A stretch of 64,000 nt of DNA from NCBI RefSeq assembly GCF_009914755.1, contig NC_060928.1, one strand, 5' to 3'. The notes under the pieces were generated by a model, which saw nothing but the letters and a program-made list of their open reading frames with translations, had not been told where the DNA came from and made no database searches. Positions 49,844-64,000 of this stretch are shown piece by piece. Source of the DNA: the human T2T-CHM13v2.0 reference genome, Homo sapiens. Both the position numbers and the translations under genes were made by a program. Numbering within the stretch: the first letter of the stretch is position 1; each line of letters starts with the position of its first letter.

Positions 49844-51462
49844 ACAGTACCCCTACTGTTGCAATCAGCAGCTACTTCTTGCTTAAGGAACAGCCCAATG
49901 TCACTGCCCAAAGCGGGAAGCCTGGGCTGGAGCCACCTAGTAGTCAATGTCTAACACAGCTTAAAAGTGGTAGAGAAGCTGGGAGGAAGACAGAAGGAGA
50001 TTCTTCTCTTAGCCCAGGAATCACATCAAAATGCCCTCCTACTATACAGAAAAATGATTTGAATGATTAAAAAAACAAAAAGATTGTGAAGCACTTCCCA
50101 GAAGAGACAAACTACATGGATCACTAAGCACTGGCTATTAAATAGTAGTTCTCAACCCTGGCGCCACATGAGACTCTTCTGGGGAGCTTTTAAAAACTTC
50201 CAATGCCTCACCCCAGAGATTTCCATCTAATGGGTCTGGAGTGCGGACCCAGGGATCATTATTTCTTATCACCTCTCTGGTGATTCTGCTTAAAGCCACT
50301 GTTAAGAGCTTCTGCTTCAAAGTATTCCAATGTTTTGCCTGCCACCTTGAAGTCCGACTAAAATACAAATCACATTGTTACCAAAAAAAAGCAAAAATTT
50401 CCAGCAATAGGGTTTTCTTACTAACTGTGAGATTCTGCAATTTTGGAATCACATTTATTACAATGAGGTAACTGCTTTCTTCTTATTTGTTATCGTTTGC
50501 TAATTTATGGATGAAATACATTAGAGGAAGCAAGGCCCAAAATGGCAGAAACAGAACAATGATTCCCTTCCTCTTTTCTTCTCTCAATTTATCACCCGTC
50601 CTGTGTGTGGACAGACAACTCACCTTCCATTTCCATCCGGCTTCTCTAACTGAGTCACCCAACCCTGGTCACCATCCCGCCCAGCCCATAGGCATCCCCT
50701 GCCCAGAACTGTCAGTTTATCTTGCTTTAAGTATTTTCTCTCCCACGTATCCCATTCATTTATCTATTTTCACAATCTAGACAAAAGTCTTTGTTCACTT
50801 CATTTTAATTTCAACCAAAGTGTTGCACTCCTTCCTTAGGATTCATGTGGGTGTTTCTCCTCAAAGAGATGCTTTCTTGCTTAGCACTGTTCTTCCTTTC
50901 TATAAGGTGGAGACTGCCCCTACTTTTTCCTCTTATGTTTTCCTTTTTTCAGTTGAGTTCGCATGTTTTTACAGCAGCTACATTTTCTCAAATAATTTCC
51001 AAACTTTCTCAACTTAAAACAATGAAGAGAAAATTAGGGTGCACTTGAATATATAATGCTAGGATTCCCAGAGCTGCCATCAGTAGTAGCTTCTGTTATT
51101 TGGGATCCCCAGGTAATAATAGTAAGTTGCAAGCATGTGTCACTTGTCCCAAAATGGTCTCTGGGGTTTTCTGATTTTAAAATTCCTTTATTTTCCACTA
51201 CTTTCATATAGAATCTTCATGCTTATCTTAATCCCTTTTCATCACAACTAAGGGATTTTGTGACTCAAAGGCTATTCCTCATTGTAATTTATAAAGTGTT
51301 ACCTTTTTATTATTTCTCACTAACTTTTTAATACTGTAGTTGTCATAGAAGAGATGAAAATTAGAGAAAAGTGTATAAAAAAGTGAAGATTTCAGGTGAG
51401 CTGGCGTAGGACCTGTGTCACATCAGCTTTATTCATGAATTGTAACGTCCTTTTGAAAATAA

Positions 51463-51666
<204 letters not shown>

Positions 51667-52739
51667 TAACTAATGTAAGATTAGCTAACCTTGCTCTTCT
51701 GTTAAGTAATCACTCATGAGACTTCGTAGGGGCTGAAAAACTTGGCCAAAATATATTTCCAGATTTCTACTCCTTTTTCTTTTCATTATTAATTAATTAA
51801 CAACAGTTACTATATATTGAGGACCCACGTTACATCAGCTGTTTTGCTGGATGTTTTAGCTACAGGACCTCAAAACCATCAGGGAAACATTGGCCATACT
51901 GTACTGATAAGAAAAATAAAGTTCCTGGCCACATGACAGGCCAGAGAGCCTTCAATATTCACTAAAAATGCTGGCAAAAAAGGTAAATTATGAAAAGCAC
52001 ACTTTTAAGTAAATAGGTGAGCCTGAAAAAAGGCAGGAAAATCCTGAGTCCAGGGATGAAGCCTGTTCAGGGATATAAGTGATTGCTGAACCCTTTAGGG
52101 ATCCCGCATAGGCGTTTGAGGCAGGGGTGGAGTGAGGGTGCAGCCCATAGCAAAAGCTACACCCAGAAGGGAATGAGTTCAGATACCACTCATACAAGCA
52201 AAGACTCAGGAATGGCTACATCCCCACGATAAAGGGTATCTTTGAAAACCCCACCCCAGTGAAGTAAATGCCTGGAAAGTTTTTGCTTTGGCCTTAGTTC
52301 TTAATAAAAATTTTAAACAAAAACTCACCTGAAAAATTAGTAACCACAGGTGGTCTTCATTGGATTTAAGACATAATTTTTTATCATTTGTATATTTTAA
52401 AAGACCTATAAGCCATGACTTTTCATTTAAAGTTGGCCTTGTTATTTGCTCAAATCCAAATAGTGTAAGAAATAAATAGAAATAGAGAAATCAAGTGTCT
52501 CTGTAAGCAGTGGAAGTACATTTCTTGAAAAGATTATTGATTATTATTATTATTTTAGTAAACATATGCCAGGTCCTGTTTTAAATGATTTATATGCTAA
52601 TTCAATTAATCTTCACAAAACCCTCTGAGGGTAGATACTATTATTCTCACTTTACAGATGAGGGAACTGAGTCACAGAGATGTTAAGGAATTGCCTGAAA
52701 TCACATGTCTAAGCAGTAGGGGCATGTGCTGATGCTTCA

Positions 52740-53152
52740 CTTGTGTCTCCCAAAACTCATATATTGAAGTTCTCAGTACTTCAGACTACGATCTTACTTG
52801 GAAGTAGAGGGATTGCAGATGTAATTGGTGAAGTTAAGATGAAGTCATACTGGAGTAGGGTGGGCCCCTGATCCAATATGACTGATATCCTTATGAAAAG
52901 AGGAAATTTGGAGATAGACAAAGACGCAGAGAGAATGCCATGTGAAGATTGTAGTTATGTTGCCTCATAGCAGAGAACTGCCAGAAGCTGGGAGACAGCC
53001 TGAAACAGATTCTTCCTTAGAGCCTTCAGCAGGATGATGGCCCCATTGGAACTTTGATCTTGGACTACTATAGGCTTCAGAACTGTGAGAAAATCAATTT
53101 CTGTTATTTACGCCACCCAGTTTATGGCATGTTGTGACAGCAGCCCTGATAC
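52740..53152 (+). mobile_element. MaLR LTR (MLT1B/C-like) within old L1 sequence
   Basis: gttaagatgaagtcatactggagtagggtgggccc...agaactgtgaga...cagcagccct. Confidence 0.78.
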
Positions 53153-54775
53153 ACCAGAGTATACCATAGGAGGACCTGAGATGAGAATAAATTGAGAATA
53201 AGAGACATAGAGAATGGAGTGGCAGAGTTCAATATATTTCTGATCAGAAGAAAATAACAGCAAGAGAGCAAAAACAATATTTGAATAGATACTTTCTGGT
53301 AATTTTTCAGAATTGCCAAAATACACTAATCTTGAAATACAGAAATCACAGTGAATCCTAAGGACAGAAGGGAAAGGAGGAAAGAAGCTGGAAGGCAGGT
53401 AGTCAGACATCCTGTGTACCTAGTTTGACTAGGTACACAGTAGTCAAACTCCAAACACTAAGGACAAATAAACCATTTTAAAAGCAGTCAAAGAAAATAG
53501 ACAGATTACGTACATAGAAATGTCAATTTGACCTACAGCTGGTTTCTTCATAGCAACAATGGAATTCAGAGACAATGGAAGTCATATACTTAGTGCAACT
53601 CTCTTTTATGGAGGAAGACAAAATAAAGACATTTGCAGCTTAAAAGGAAAAATGACCATGGCAGTTTACCATGAACAAATCCTCACTAAAGAAAAATGAT
53701 CCCAGAAAAAAAATGGTACAAGATGAGAGAAGATATGGACTTCTGTTCTCAGATTGATGATCCCCTGCCTAAGACTGGAGGTCTTCTGGCAGAATGTTCA
53801 GGAAATGCTCCAGTAGCCAGTACTCACAGGTTCACTCTCTTGTGCACACCTCTGGTATCAGTCAACAAAATTCTGAATTAGTTCAAACCCTCTATAGGTC
53901 TTGCGGTCTCTCCATAGAAGAACTGCCTAAAGCACTGGTATAGCATCCCTATTACAACAACTGCTCCTCTGCAGGCTGCCTTCTGAGGCCATACTGCAGC
54001 CTCCACTATCAGATTTCCTTTCTGGTCTTCAGGAGTCTGAATGGCCAAAACCACAGCCTCCTTAAGTTCCATTATTATATGGGATTCAGAAATTTCTGGA
54101 GAGAGTTTACTCTGGTTGAAGTCTATGACTCAAACAATTCCCCTTGATTTTTGGTGGTCACTCTGGGCACATGTGAAATTACTCACAAATTCACACCAGT
54201 TTACAGCAAGTATAAACTACAGTAAAGTGCAGCACTGTTTTGCTTCTTTCCGCATGTAATCATTTACTGCCTTGTGTCTTCCCACACCAACTGTGCTATT
54301 AGCTCTTGAAATATACAAATCATGTCTCACACTTTCTTCAAGTCACTCAAGACTAGCACAGTGTTATGCACATAATAGGTATTGACGGATAATAAGTATT
54401 TATAGGAATGAAGTAATCATAAAAGGAAGGGATAGAGGAAGGCTTCAGATTGATGAACTGACTATATAAGGCCACACTGCAGGGAGTGGAAGGTTTTGAC
54501 TCCAGAATCCATGCACATTCCAGTATACTTTGCTGACCCCCTTGTCTTACCAGAGGTCTGGAGAACTTCTACATTAAGTGACACTTTCCCTTTATAATCA
54601 GTATCATTCTGGGTCAGCTAGAATGAGTGTGTTCCATTGTTCAAGTAGCTCTTACAAAATTATTTGAATCTTGAGATAAGTCAAAATAATTAATATTCAG
54701 TCTAAGGCAGAGAAAGAGATCTTTCAAGCATTTCTGCATATGTCTTTTGATCTCCTCTCTCTTACTCCATAGTAA

Positions 54776-54997
<222 letters not shown>

Positions 54998-55871
54998 TGA
55001 ACACATCATTTGGATCTTCCAAATCACACTTGAATATCAATTAATCTGAGTATCTGGTTCCACATAATCAGGCTAGCATTTTTAGCAAACTATCCTTGTG
55101 TGTTGTCCCTGTACTTTCCAAGAGAGAAAGAACCCTAAAGATTTATCTAGTACAAACTATCCCCTCAACATGATACATAAATCCCATTTTACATCTGTTG
55201 GCCTCACCCCTTGCAACCAAGTGATTACTAAGTCAAAGCTTACACACCTTCAGCAAGAAAAAATAATTGTTCTCCTTTCACTTTCAAGTAATCCTAATTG
55301 TTAGAAAGTTCTTAGACTTAGCCCAAATCTATCTTTATCTAACTTCTATCCATGGATTACAGCTCTCCCTCCTGGGACCATGAAGACCAGTCTCTCTTCA
55401 CTAACATACCCCTTTCAATAGATAAAGGCTAATATTCCCATTGAGTTTTCTCTTCTTTGGATCAAGAATGCCTTGCTACCCCGAATATATTAGATCCTGA
55501 GTGCATTCATACTTGCAATAATTTTTTCATTGGCCAGAGACATTTTTAGATTCGTCTTTTCCTAATCATAATAGTAATTATCATCCATTTCATACCTTCT
55601 TTATGTCACTCACTGTGCCAGGCAGTTTGCAAACCTTAACTCTAACCTTTGAAACAACTCCACAAAGCTGATGTTTTAACCTAGAGTCCCTGAGCATGAT
55701 CTAACTTCATGTCCTGGTAACCTAGCCTCCAGGACAGGTCACGTCATGGCCTAAATCTTAAGTGAGCAGTTTAATATGTGAATGACAATAAATTTAAGTT
55801 CTATGACATGCCACATGCCGTGTTAAGCATTTTACATGCATTTCCTTGCATAATCCCTTTAACAAGCCTAA

Positions 55872-56216
<345 letters not shown>

Positions 56217-57149
56217 TGAAACTGGGAATTATTTTTATTTTTAATATTATATGTAAATGTGAAGTTTTGTAACTAGCTTCCCTAATCTTTACTTAATAGA
56301 TTGTTCCATGTATAGGCTATTATTTGGAGTTAACTTAATTGATCTTACTATATATAGCAAATAATTCCTGAAAGAAAAATATGCCCAAAACTTCTACAAA
56401 TGTCTACAGTATCACATAATCAGTGAGAGGGTCTGGCTTATGTTCTGTTGGGCTTTGTTCCAGAGCATCTCTATAACAGCTTTTTTTATTTCACTTAAGT
56501 AGATTTGAGTGATGTATATTTCGTTGCATTTTTTTCACATGTCAAAATCTTCTTTCCACTTTTCCTTTTCTCCAGCCCCTTACCCTTATTAAAAGTGTGA
56601 TGTTGGGTTTCATAATGGGGGTCATTATAGAACAGAAATCTGTATCTTTAAACTATGTACTTAAATATGACTACTTTTCAATTCTACCTTAATATTTTAA
56701 TTTTGTTTTAGTTTGTCTGGTATTTTATTCATCAGAATTTTTATTAGAAAATACCCTATACTTCATGTAAATTATAAGTAAGATTTTTTACTAGCTTGTT
56801 CAGTCGGTACCACCAGTGCCTAAAATAGTGTTTTGTAGAGTGTCTGCACTCAATAAATATTTGTTGAATGAACAGATGAGTATATGAATTAATGAATAAG
56901 TCACTAAAGAAATCTCTGAATCATGAAAGAAATATTCCATATTATGATATTGATAATTATTCTAAGTATATTTTATTGCTTTCTAATACCTTGAAAAATT
57001 GGTGATCTGGGGATGTCATATTTGACAAATATAACTGCCCAATATTTAATTATTCTTAAACTAATAACTGGAATATGCCATCCAAATTCCTTACCAGGAA
57101 TTTACTAACTATAAACCACAAGATGGCCAAGTTTTTGAATTATCTCTTT

Positions 57150-57152
<3 letters not shown>

Positions 57153-57190
<38 letters not shown>
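57153..57190 (+). repeat. (TG)19 microsatellite
   Basis: Counted directly; ends 73 nt upstream of the exon 15 start. Confidence 0.95.
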
Positions 57191-57195
<5 letters not shown>

Positions 57196-57235
57196 ATTTT
57201 TGTAAACACTTGATGGACATTTACAGGGAATTTAA

Positions 57236-57460
<225 letters not shown>

Positions 57461-57480
57461 TAGGCTGTATGGATTGGTAA

Positions 57481-57885
57481 TGTGACAGACCTTAGTGATG
57501 CTCTCAGATATCTGGTGATGCTCGCAAATATCTGGTTCTCTCCTTCCAGGCACATAGAATACGGCACAGTCTGGTCCTTTGGGGCTTGGGCAGGGCCGTG
57601 ACACAGGTTCTGGCCAATGATTTGCAAGAGGAATTGATCAGTATCACTTTAAGTCCTGCATTTAATTGGCAGCACAAGATCCTGCAGAGCCTCTTTCCCT
57701 CTGCCACAGTTATCAAGAATGGGTCAGGAGACCGCTGCTTCTGGGCATAAGTCCTGCAAGGAAAGCAACATGGAAAACAGCCCCAACTCACCCATGAGGG
57801 ATGAAAAGCACTGTTGAGAAAGGCATGTGTTGTTTAAGCCATTGAGATTTTAGAGCTTTTTGTCACTATCTGTCAAGACTGATAC
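57481..57885 (+). mobile_element. MaLR LTR (MLT1I/J-like) spanning the last intron, terminal exon acceptor and stop
   Basis: tgtgacagac start; ttctggccaatga; gcatttaattg...ctctttccctctgccac; ttgtttaagccattgagattt...gactgatac end, resembling recalled MLT1I. Confidence 0.7.
57550..57557 (+). CDS. ALPK1: ALPK1 terminal exon coding part (C1243-T1244-stop)
   Basis: ttctctccttccag|GC ACA TAG; exon lengths sum to c.3735 = 1244 aa + stop, the recalled ALPK1 length ending ...EKPCT. Confidence 0.9.
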
Positions 57886-58179
57886 TACTGGGGCTTTTCC
57901 TATTGATTTGGGAGTTCTTTACATATTAAAAAAATGTGAGCCTTTGTGATACGAATTCAATTTGTTTTCCTGTCTTTTGACATTTGACTTTGCATAAAAG
58001 TTTATCTGTGCATAATTTTATATGTAGTTGAATTCATCAATCTTTTATTTTGTATGGCTTTTTGGTTATGTATAATACTTAGATCCTCCTTATACTCTGA
58101 GTTTCTTTCTTTTTAATTCTCCTGTATTTCCTTCTAGTATAATTAAATCTGTAAAAAGTAAGATGGAAGAGTGGTACAG

Positions 58180-58966
58180 TTTTCTTTATCCAGTCTGTCC
58201 TTGATGGGCATTTAGGTAGACTGGATAAAGAAAATGTGATACATATACACCATGGAACACTATGTGTATTAATCCACTCTCACACTGCTATGAAGAGATA
58301 CCTGAGACTGGGTAATTTAGAAAGAAAAGAGGTTTAATTAACTCACAGTTCCACATGGCTGGGGAGACCTCAGGAAACTTACAATCATGGCAGAAGGCAC
58401 CTCTTCATAGGGTAGCAGGAGAGAGAATGAGTGCCAGCAGGGGAAATGCCAGATGCTTATAAAGCCATCAGATCTTGTGAGAATTCATTCACTCTCACGA
58501 GAACAGCATGGGAAAAACTGCCTCAATTACCTCCTACCAGGTCCTTCCCATGACACATGGGAATTATGGGATTACAATTCGAGATGAGATTTGGGTGGGG
58601 ACACAAAGCCAAACCATATCACAATGTAACCATAAAAAAGAATGAGATCATGTCCTTTGCAGGGACATGGATAGAGCTGGAGGCCATTATTTTTAGCAAA
58701 CTAATGCAAGAACAGAAAACTAAATACCACTTGTTCTCACTTATAGGTGAGAGCTAAGTGATGAGAGTAGGTGGACACATAGAGGGAACAACACACACCA
58801 GGGCTTATCAGAGGGTGGACAGTGGGAGGAGGGAGAGGATCAGGAAAAATAACTAATGGGTACTAGGCTGAATACCTGGGTGATGAAGTAATTCGCACAA
58901 CAAACCCCCATGACACAAACCTGCACATGTACCCCTGAACTTAAAATAAAAGTAAAAAAAAAAAAA
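58180..58966 (+). mobile_element. L1PA 3' end with inverted 5' junction, interrupted by a THE1 LTR
   Basis: agactggataaagaaaatgtg...; resumes ...aaccataaaaaagaatgagatcatgtcctttgcaggg...cttaaaataaaagt + poly-A. Confidence 0.88.
58265..58621 (-). mobile_element. THE1 solo LTR
   Basis: tgtattaatcc...agccaaaccatatca termini, 357 bp, near-identical 5-bp flanks ctatg/caatg. Confidence 0.88.
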
Positions 58967-59713
58967 TCATTGAATATTGTGAACTCTATGAATATACCAA
59001 AACCATTGGACTAGACACTCAAAGGGTGAATTTTATGGTAGGTAAGTTATACCTCAATAAAGCTTTTTTTTTAAAAAAAAAGAATAGTCTTGCAAAAAAA
59101 AAAAAGAAGAAGAAGAATGATACATTTTCCTGGCTACCACAGTCCATCCCTTACCCTACACAGATCTACTTCTTCACACAGGTTTAGGAAACAGCTCCTC
59201 CATGATCTTACTGAAAGAAACAAAAGGGCGACTAGTGAGATAAACCAATTCTTTTCTGCAGTTATTCTTGGGGCTGCAACTGGTGCTCACTCTCCCTATC
59301 CTCCACTGTTCATTCTAAGTTTCCCTCAGCCTTAACTATTAACTCAGGAAGTCTGGGTGGCTTACCTGGTTGGTGAGACTCAAACTTACATACATGATCT
59401 TCATGTATCAAGTCCGAACATTTGATAGTTTATACTCTTCTCAATTTGAGGTTGCTGCACATGTCTCTTCACAGTTGCAGTTGAGGCAAGGAAGACCCAT
59501 TCCAATCTCCTGCTGTGGGGATCACAGTTGATTGACACTCCCAGCTTTCACTCCCCTGAATCCATCACTGTGTTTATGCTGAAGCCATGTTGCCCTCAAT
59601 GTGCTGTCAGCCAGTGACTAAGCATGACAAGGACACTAGTCTCAGAATATTTCTAACTGCTGACTGTGACTGTGGAACAAAGTCTTAGCACTGGCCTAAC
59701 CAAAACTTTCTTA

Positions 59714-59985
<272 letters not shown>

Positions 59986-61145
59986 TCTTTTCTTTGCTCT
60001 CTCCTTTTATAGGCATCAGGCCCGCAGCATGGTCCCCTGCCTACTCTTGTTCCCTCCAACTGATCCTTTACAATCATTTCTCCCAATAGAGGTCTTTCAT
60101 GTCTAATCCTTTCCTGGTATCTGCTTCTTGGAAAACCAAAGCTAATACATGCTTATTAAGGAAATGAAAAAAAAATGTAATCTATCCTATTAACAAAGTA
60201 AAGGGAGGAAATCATGTAATTTCACAAGATGTAGAAAATTATTTCATAAAATTCCAAATCAACTCATGGTAAAAGAAAAAAAACAAGCTCTTTGAAAACT
60301 AAGAATAAAGAAAAGGTTTCTAAATCTGGCAAAGGTTTTTTTATTTTAAACTTAAAACAGCAATACCATAATTAATAGTGAAGCAATTAAAACTTTTAAG
60401 TTGAGAAAAGGAACAAGACAAATTTGCCTACTATCCCACTTCTATTCAACATCATAGAAGAAGTCCAACTAATAAACATAGAAAGACTAAACTAGAAAAT
60501 CATGATTTTGCATCCATTAATGAAATAATGGATCTGGGCAGAAAGCATTGATGGCTGGGGAAAATTAGATGGAGAACTTTATAATGGAGAAATCAGGCTG
60601 ATGCTACTCACACTTCAGTCAATCTGATCACTAAAAGTGGGATAATGAATCAGTGATAAAATGACATTTTTGAGACAATTGGGGATTTTGAATATGGACT
60701 AAGTGTTAGATAAAATGATGAAGTGATATCTTAAAAACATTCAGCCAAAAGAAAAATTTGGAAAAAGATGTGAAAACAGCTTGACTCTTTGGGGTTAATG
60801 TTGAAGGGAGATGATTACATAGCAATTCATTGTACCAGTCTTTCTACTTTTCTATATATTTTTAAATCTCAAAAAAAAAATCTTAAATGTAAGGTCATAG
60901 AAAGGAAGAAATAACAAGAAAAGTTTGAAGAATCAATAGATAAAGAAGATGAAAACCAAGAATGGTATCAAACAAACTAATCAGGAAAGAATATAAGGAG
61001 GAGCATTCAGCAGTATGAAATCCAGCAGAAAAATTCAGGAAAAAAAAACAATTTGGGGGGTGAAAGACTGAGAACAGTGAAAAAAGATTGCTGACAGCAA
61101 AAAGAGGCTATTAATTGAGAGAGTGACCTTTGAGATGTTGTAGAA

Positions 61146-61368
61146 GGGGGTCAACAAACTATGATCCATGAGGTCAAAGCTGCTGTCATCTGTTTTTGTA
61201 AATAAAATTTTATTGGAACATAGTAACTTTATTCAATTATGTACTATCTACAGCTGCTTTTGTGTTACAATAGCAGAACTGAGTAACATTGTGACATAGA
61301 CTGGATTTTGCAAAGTGAAAAATATTTACTATGTGGACCTTTACAGAAAAAAGTTTGTCAATCTCCAT
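61146..61368. mobile_element. MER58-like hAT MITE
   Basis: ggggtcaacaaactat...tttttgtaaataaaattttattggaaca...aaaagtttgtcaatctcc. Confidence 0.78.
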
Positions 61369-63277
61369 TTGTAGAAGATGAAATTGGGAATAAAGTTCAG
61401 GATATTTACAGTTAGAAAGAAATATGGTTATCTCTACCAACACAGAAGAAAAGGAGGAGCAACAATGGGCAAAGAAACTGGAAATTGGAGGTAATAAAGA
61501 AGTAAATTGATGGAAAGCACATCAAAGCCCACTTTTCTTTGTTAAGTCAAAAAGCTAGGATATCTGCTAAGTGAGATGACATTGGCATAACTAGGAATTT
61601 TAGAGAAATAGAGATTTTGTAGCAATGCATATCTCTGAGTTATAAAAAGCAGAAATAGTACTATTGAGAGGAATTTGCAGGAAATTGCATTTTTAAAATA
61701 TCTGTAAATTTTTATTTATGTCGTCACCCATATACCCAACACCTGGTTGAAGAAATTAAATGTAATACTGTTTTTGAAGACTCCATCCCTGATCTCTACT
61801 TCCTCCTCTATCCAAGAGAAAATCACTGTCCAGAAACTGTTGATTATCATTCCCCTTACTATTGTTACACATTAACTTTTATTTAATGTTGTTATACATT
61901 TATATATTGCATAAAAGTAACAATAAATATCCAGTATTCTTTTAAAATGTTCAAAGCTTTGTATAAACATTTTAAAAGGCCAGATTAGTTTTTAAAAAGC
62001 CAAATTAATTTTCTAGAAAATGAAAAATACAGTAATTGACTATATAACTTACTAGAAAGTTTAAACAGCAAATTAGACATAGTTCAAGAAAGAATTATTA
62101 AAATGGAAGGAGAGATGAAGGAATTAGCTAAAATGCAGCAGAAAGATAAAAGGACAGAAAATACAAATGAGTGTTTAAGAGATGAGGAGAAAAGAAGGTC
62201 CAACATCATCTAGTGGGGGTTTTAGAGGGAGAAAAAGAGTACAAAGAAGAGGGAATTCTCTGAGTTAAGCAAAGAATGTGAATCAAGGAGGGAATGATCA
62301 ACTATGTCAGATGCCACTGACAGATAAGTCAGATGAAAACTGTGAACTAAATTGTTGAATTTAGCAATGTGGAGTTCACTGGTGACCTTAATATTAGCAG
62401 ATATAGATGAGTGCTGCAGCTGAAAGCCTGAACAGAAAGGAGTATTAGTTTTCTATTGCTGCATGTCTCAAACTTAGCAGCTTCAACCAACATATGTTTT
62501 ATTATCTCACAGCTTCTTTGGGTCAGGAGTCTGGGCACAGCTTAGCTGGTCCTAAGCTCAGAGTCTCACAGGCTGCAATCAAGGTGCCGGTTAAACTGTG
62601 TTCTCATCTGGAGGCTTGACAAGAGAAGACTAAACTTTCAAGTTCACCAGGTTGTTGGAGAGTTCATCTAAATAGAAATATATATATATAAAAAATATTG
62701 AAATACTGATAGTGTTTTTCCCTAGTAAATCTATTACAGTGGATTTCATTTTCTTCTTTATCATTTGTTTCTCAAATTTTCTGCAATAAGCTTGCATTAC
62801 TTATCTCAAAAAATAATATTTAATAAGAAATTCAAATGATTCTCTTTTCCAATAAAAGTCCACATTATTAGATCAGCATGTACAGCTTTCTTCCTTAGCC
62901 CACCAATACTCCTAGTCTTGCAATTTATGCTCTAGAAACACTGAACTACTTATGGTTTCAGTATATAGTTCATCCTGCCACCTCCCACACCACAATACAA
63001 TGCTTTGTCATTTAGTAACTGTTTTCATGCTGTTTTTATACCTACCAGAACAATCACACCCCATGTCTTCTCATCCTTGAAGACTCACCTCATCCAACAC
63101 CTCCTTCAAGAAATCTTCCCTGACATCCTTTATTCCCTTTCCCTCCCCACCACAACCCAGGTAAGGTACCCCTCCTTTAATGTTTTAAAATAACTGCAAC
63201 TGTCATTTCACAGTTATTATAGAAGCTAATACACAATTGTATCACATTATCTACTGTAGTTAAATTATAATTATCTT

Positions 63278-63820
63278 GTGTATTATTTATCTATTGCTGC
63301 ATGACAAATTAACCCCAAAACATAGAGGATTAAAACAACATTTATTAATTCTTACAGTTTCTATAGATCAGAAAAGGGTGGGGAGGGGTGGCTTAACTGG
63401 GTAGTTCTGACTCAGTCTCTCTTAAGCTGACAGTCAGGATGTCAGCTGCAGCTCCAGTCCTCTGAAGGCTTCCCCAGGACTGGGGAATCTGCTCCCAAGC
63501 TCTCTCATATAGCTGTTGGCAAGGAGACCTCTTCCTTGTTGGCTGTGGGTCAGAGGCTTCTGTTCCTCACCATGTGGCCTGTCCATAGAACAACATGGCA
63601 GTGGGAAAAATCGAAGGGAGAGAGAGGTGGAAGCCACAATGTCTTTTACAACCTAATCTTGCCTCCGAAGTAACATATCATCACATTTGTACTCTTTTGG
63701 TCACTGGTCACACAGACCAACCCTTGTACAATGTGGGAGGGCACCTTGGAAATTCATGCCCAAAAGGGCATGAATACCAGCAGGTGGGGATCACCGAGGG
63801 CACCTTGGAGATGGCTCTGT
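63278..63820 (-). mobile_element. MaLR LTR (MLT1-like)
   Basis: tgtattatttatctattgctgcatgacaaattaaccccaaaa...ttaaaacaacatttatt. Confidence 0.65.
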
Positions 63821-64000
63821 CTATCTCACCAGCCTGACTGAACTCGGCCTTGTGCCTCTTGCTACTCCCTAGCCCTGGCTTATTATAGTTTTGCATAATA
63901 ATATGAAATACCAATAAGAATTGTTTGCATCTTAAATGATCAATAAGGGCTGATTAGCTTACTAACTCTTGCTACATAGGATGAGAGGCATAAGAAAAGA

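Larger units (their letters stand above)
57558..58966 (+). other. ALPK1: Probable ALPK1 3'UTR (TE mosaic); candidate poly(A) signals ATTAAA 57925, ATTAAA 58142, AATAAA 58945
   Basis: Follows the stop codon; hexamers seen directly; the true cleavage site cannot be fixed from sequence alone. Confidence 0.55.

Overview
Human (great-ape-type) genomic DNA holding the 3' part of ALPK1 (alpha-protein kinase 1, the cytosolic ADP-heptose sensor that signals through TIFA/TRAF6 to NF-kB) on the + strand. I rebuilt 12 coding exons with GT-AG boundaries and consistent phases, encoding residues A93-T1244 plus the stop (exons 5-16 in the numbering I recall). The ATG-bearing exons lie upstream of the window. 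The rest is TE-rich intron and 3' flank (Alu, L1, L2, MIR, MaLR/ERV LTRs, Tigger/hAT/MADE1). The most notable observations: (1) a decayed tandem copy of the branch point, acceptor and first ~23 codons of the large exon 11, exactly 129 nt upstream, in frame and ending in TGA (possible poison acceptor); (2) a terminal exon whose acceptor, last two codons and stop appear to come from an MLT1-type LTR, with an alternative PCKS* end if the 97-nt intron is retained; (3) a perfect 14-bp palindromic NF-kB site in intron 5; (4) a strong cryptic acceptor 50 nt before the catalytic-lysine exon; (5) a fold-back L1 hairpin in the 3'UTR; (6) the D565/R642/I732/T861 coding haplotype. I found no prokaryotic-type system or novel standalone gene. 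Repeat family names are from recalled consensus sequences and need RepeatMasker confirmation; repeat boundaries are approximate.
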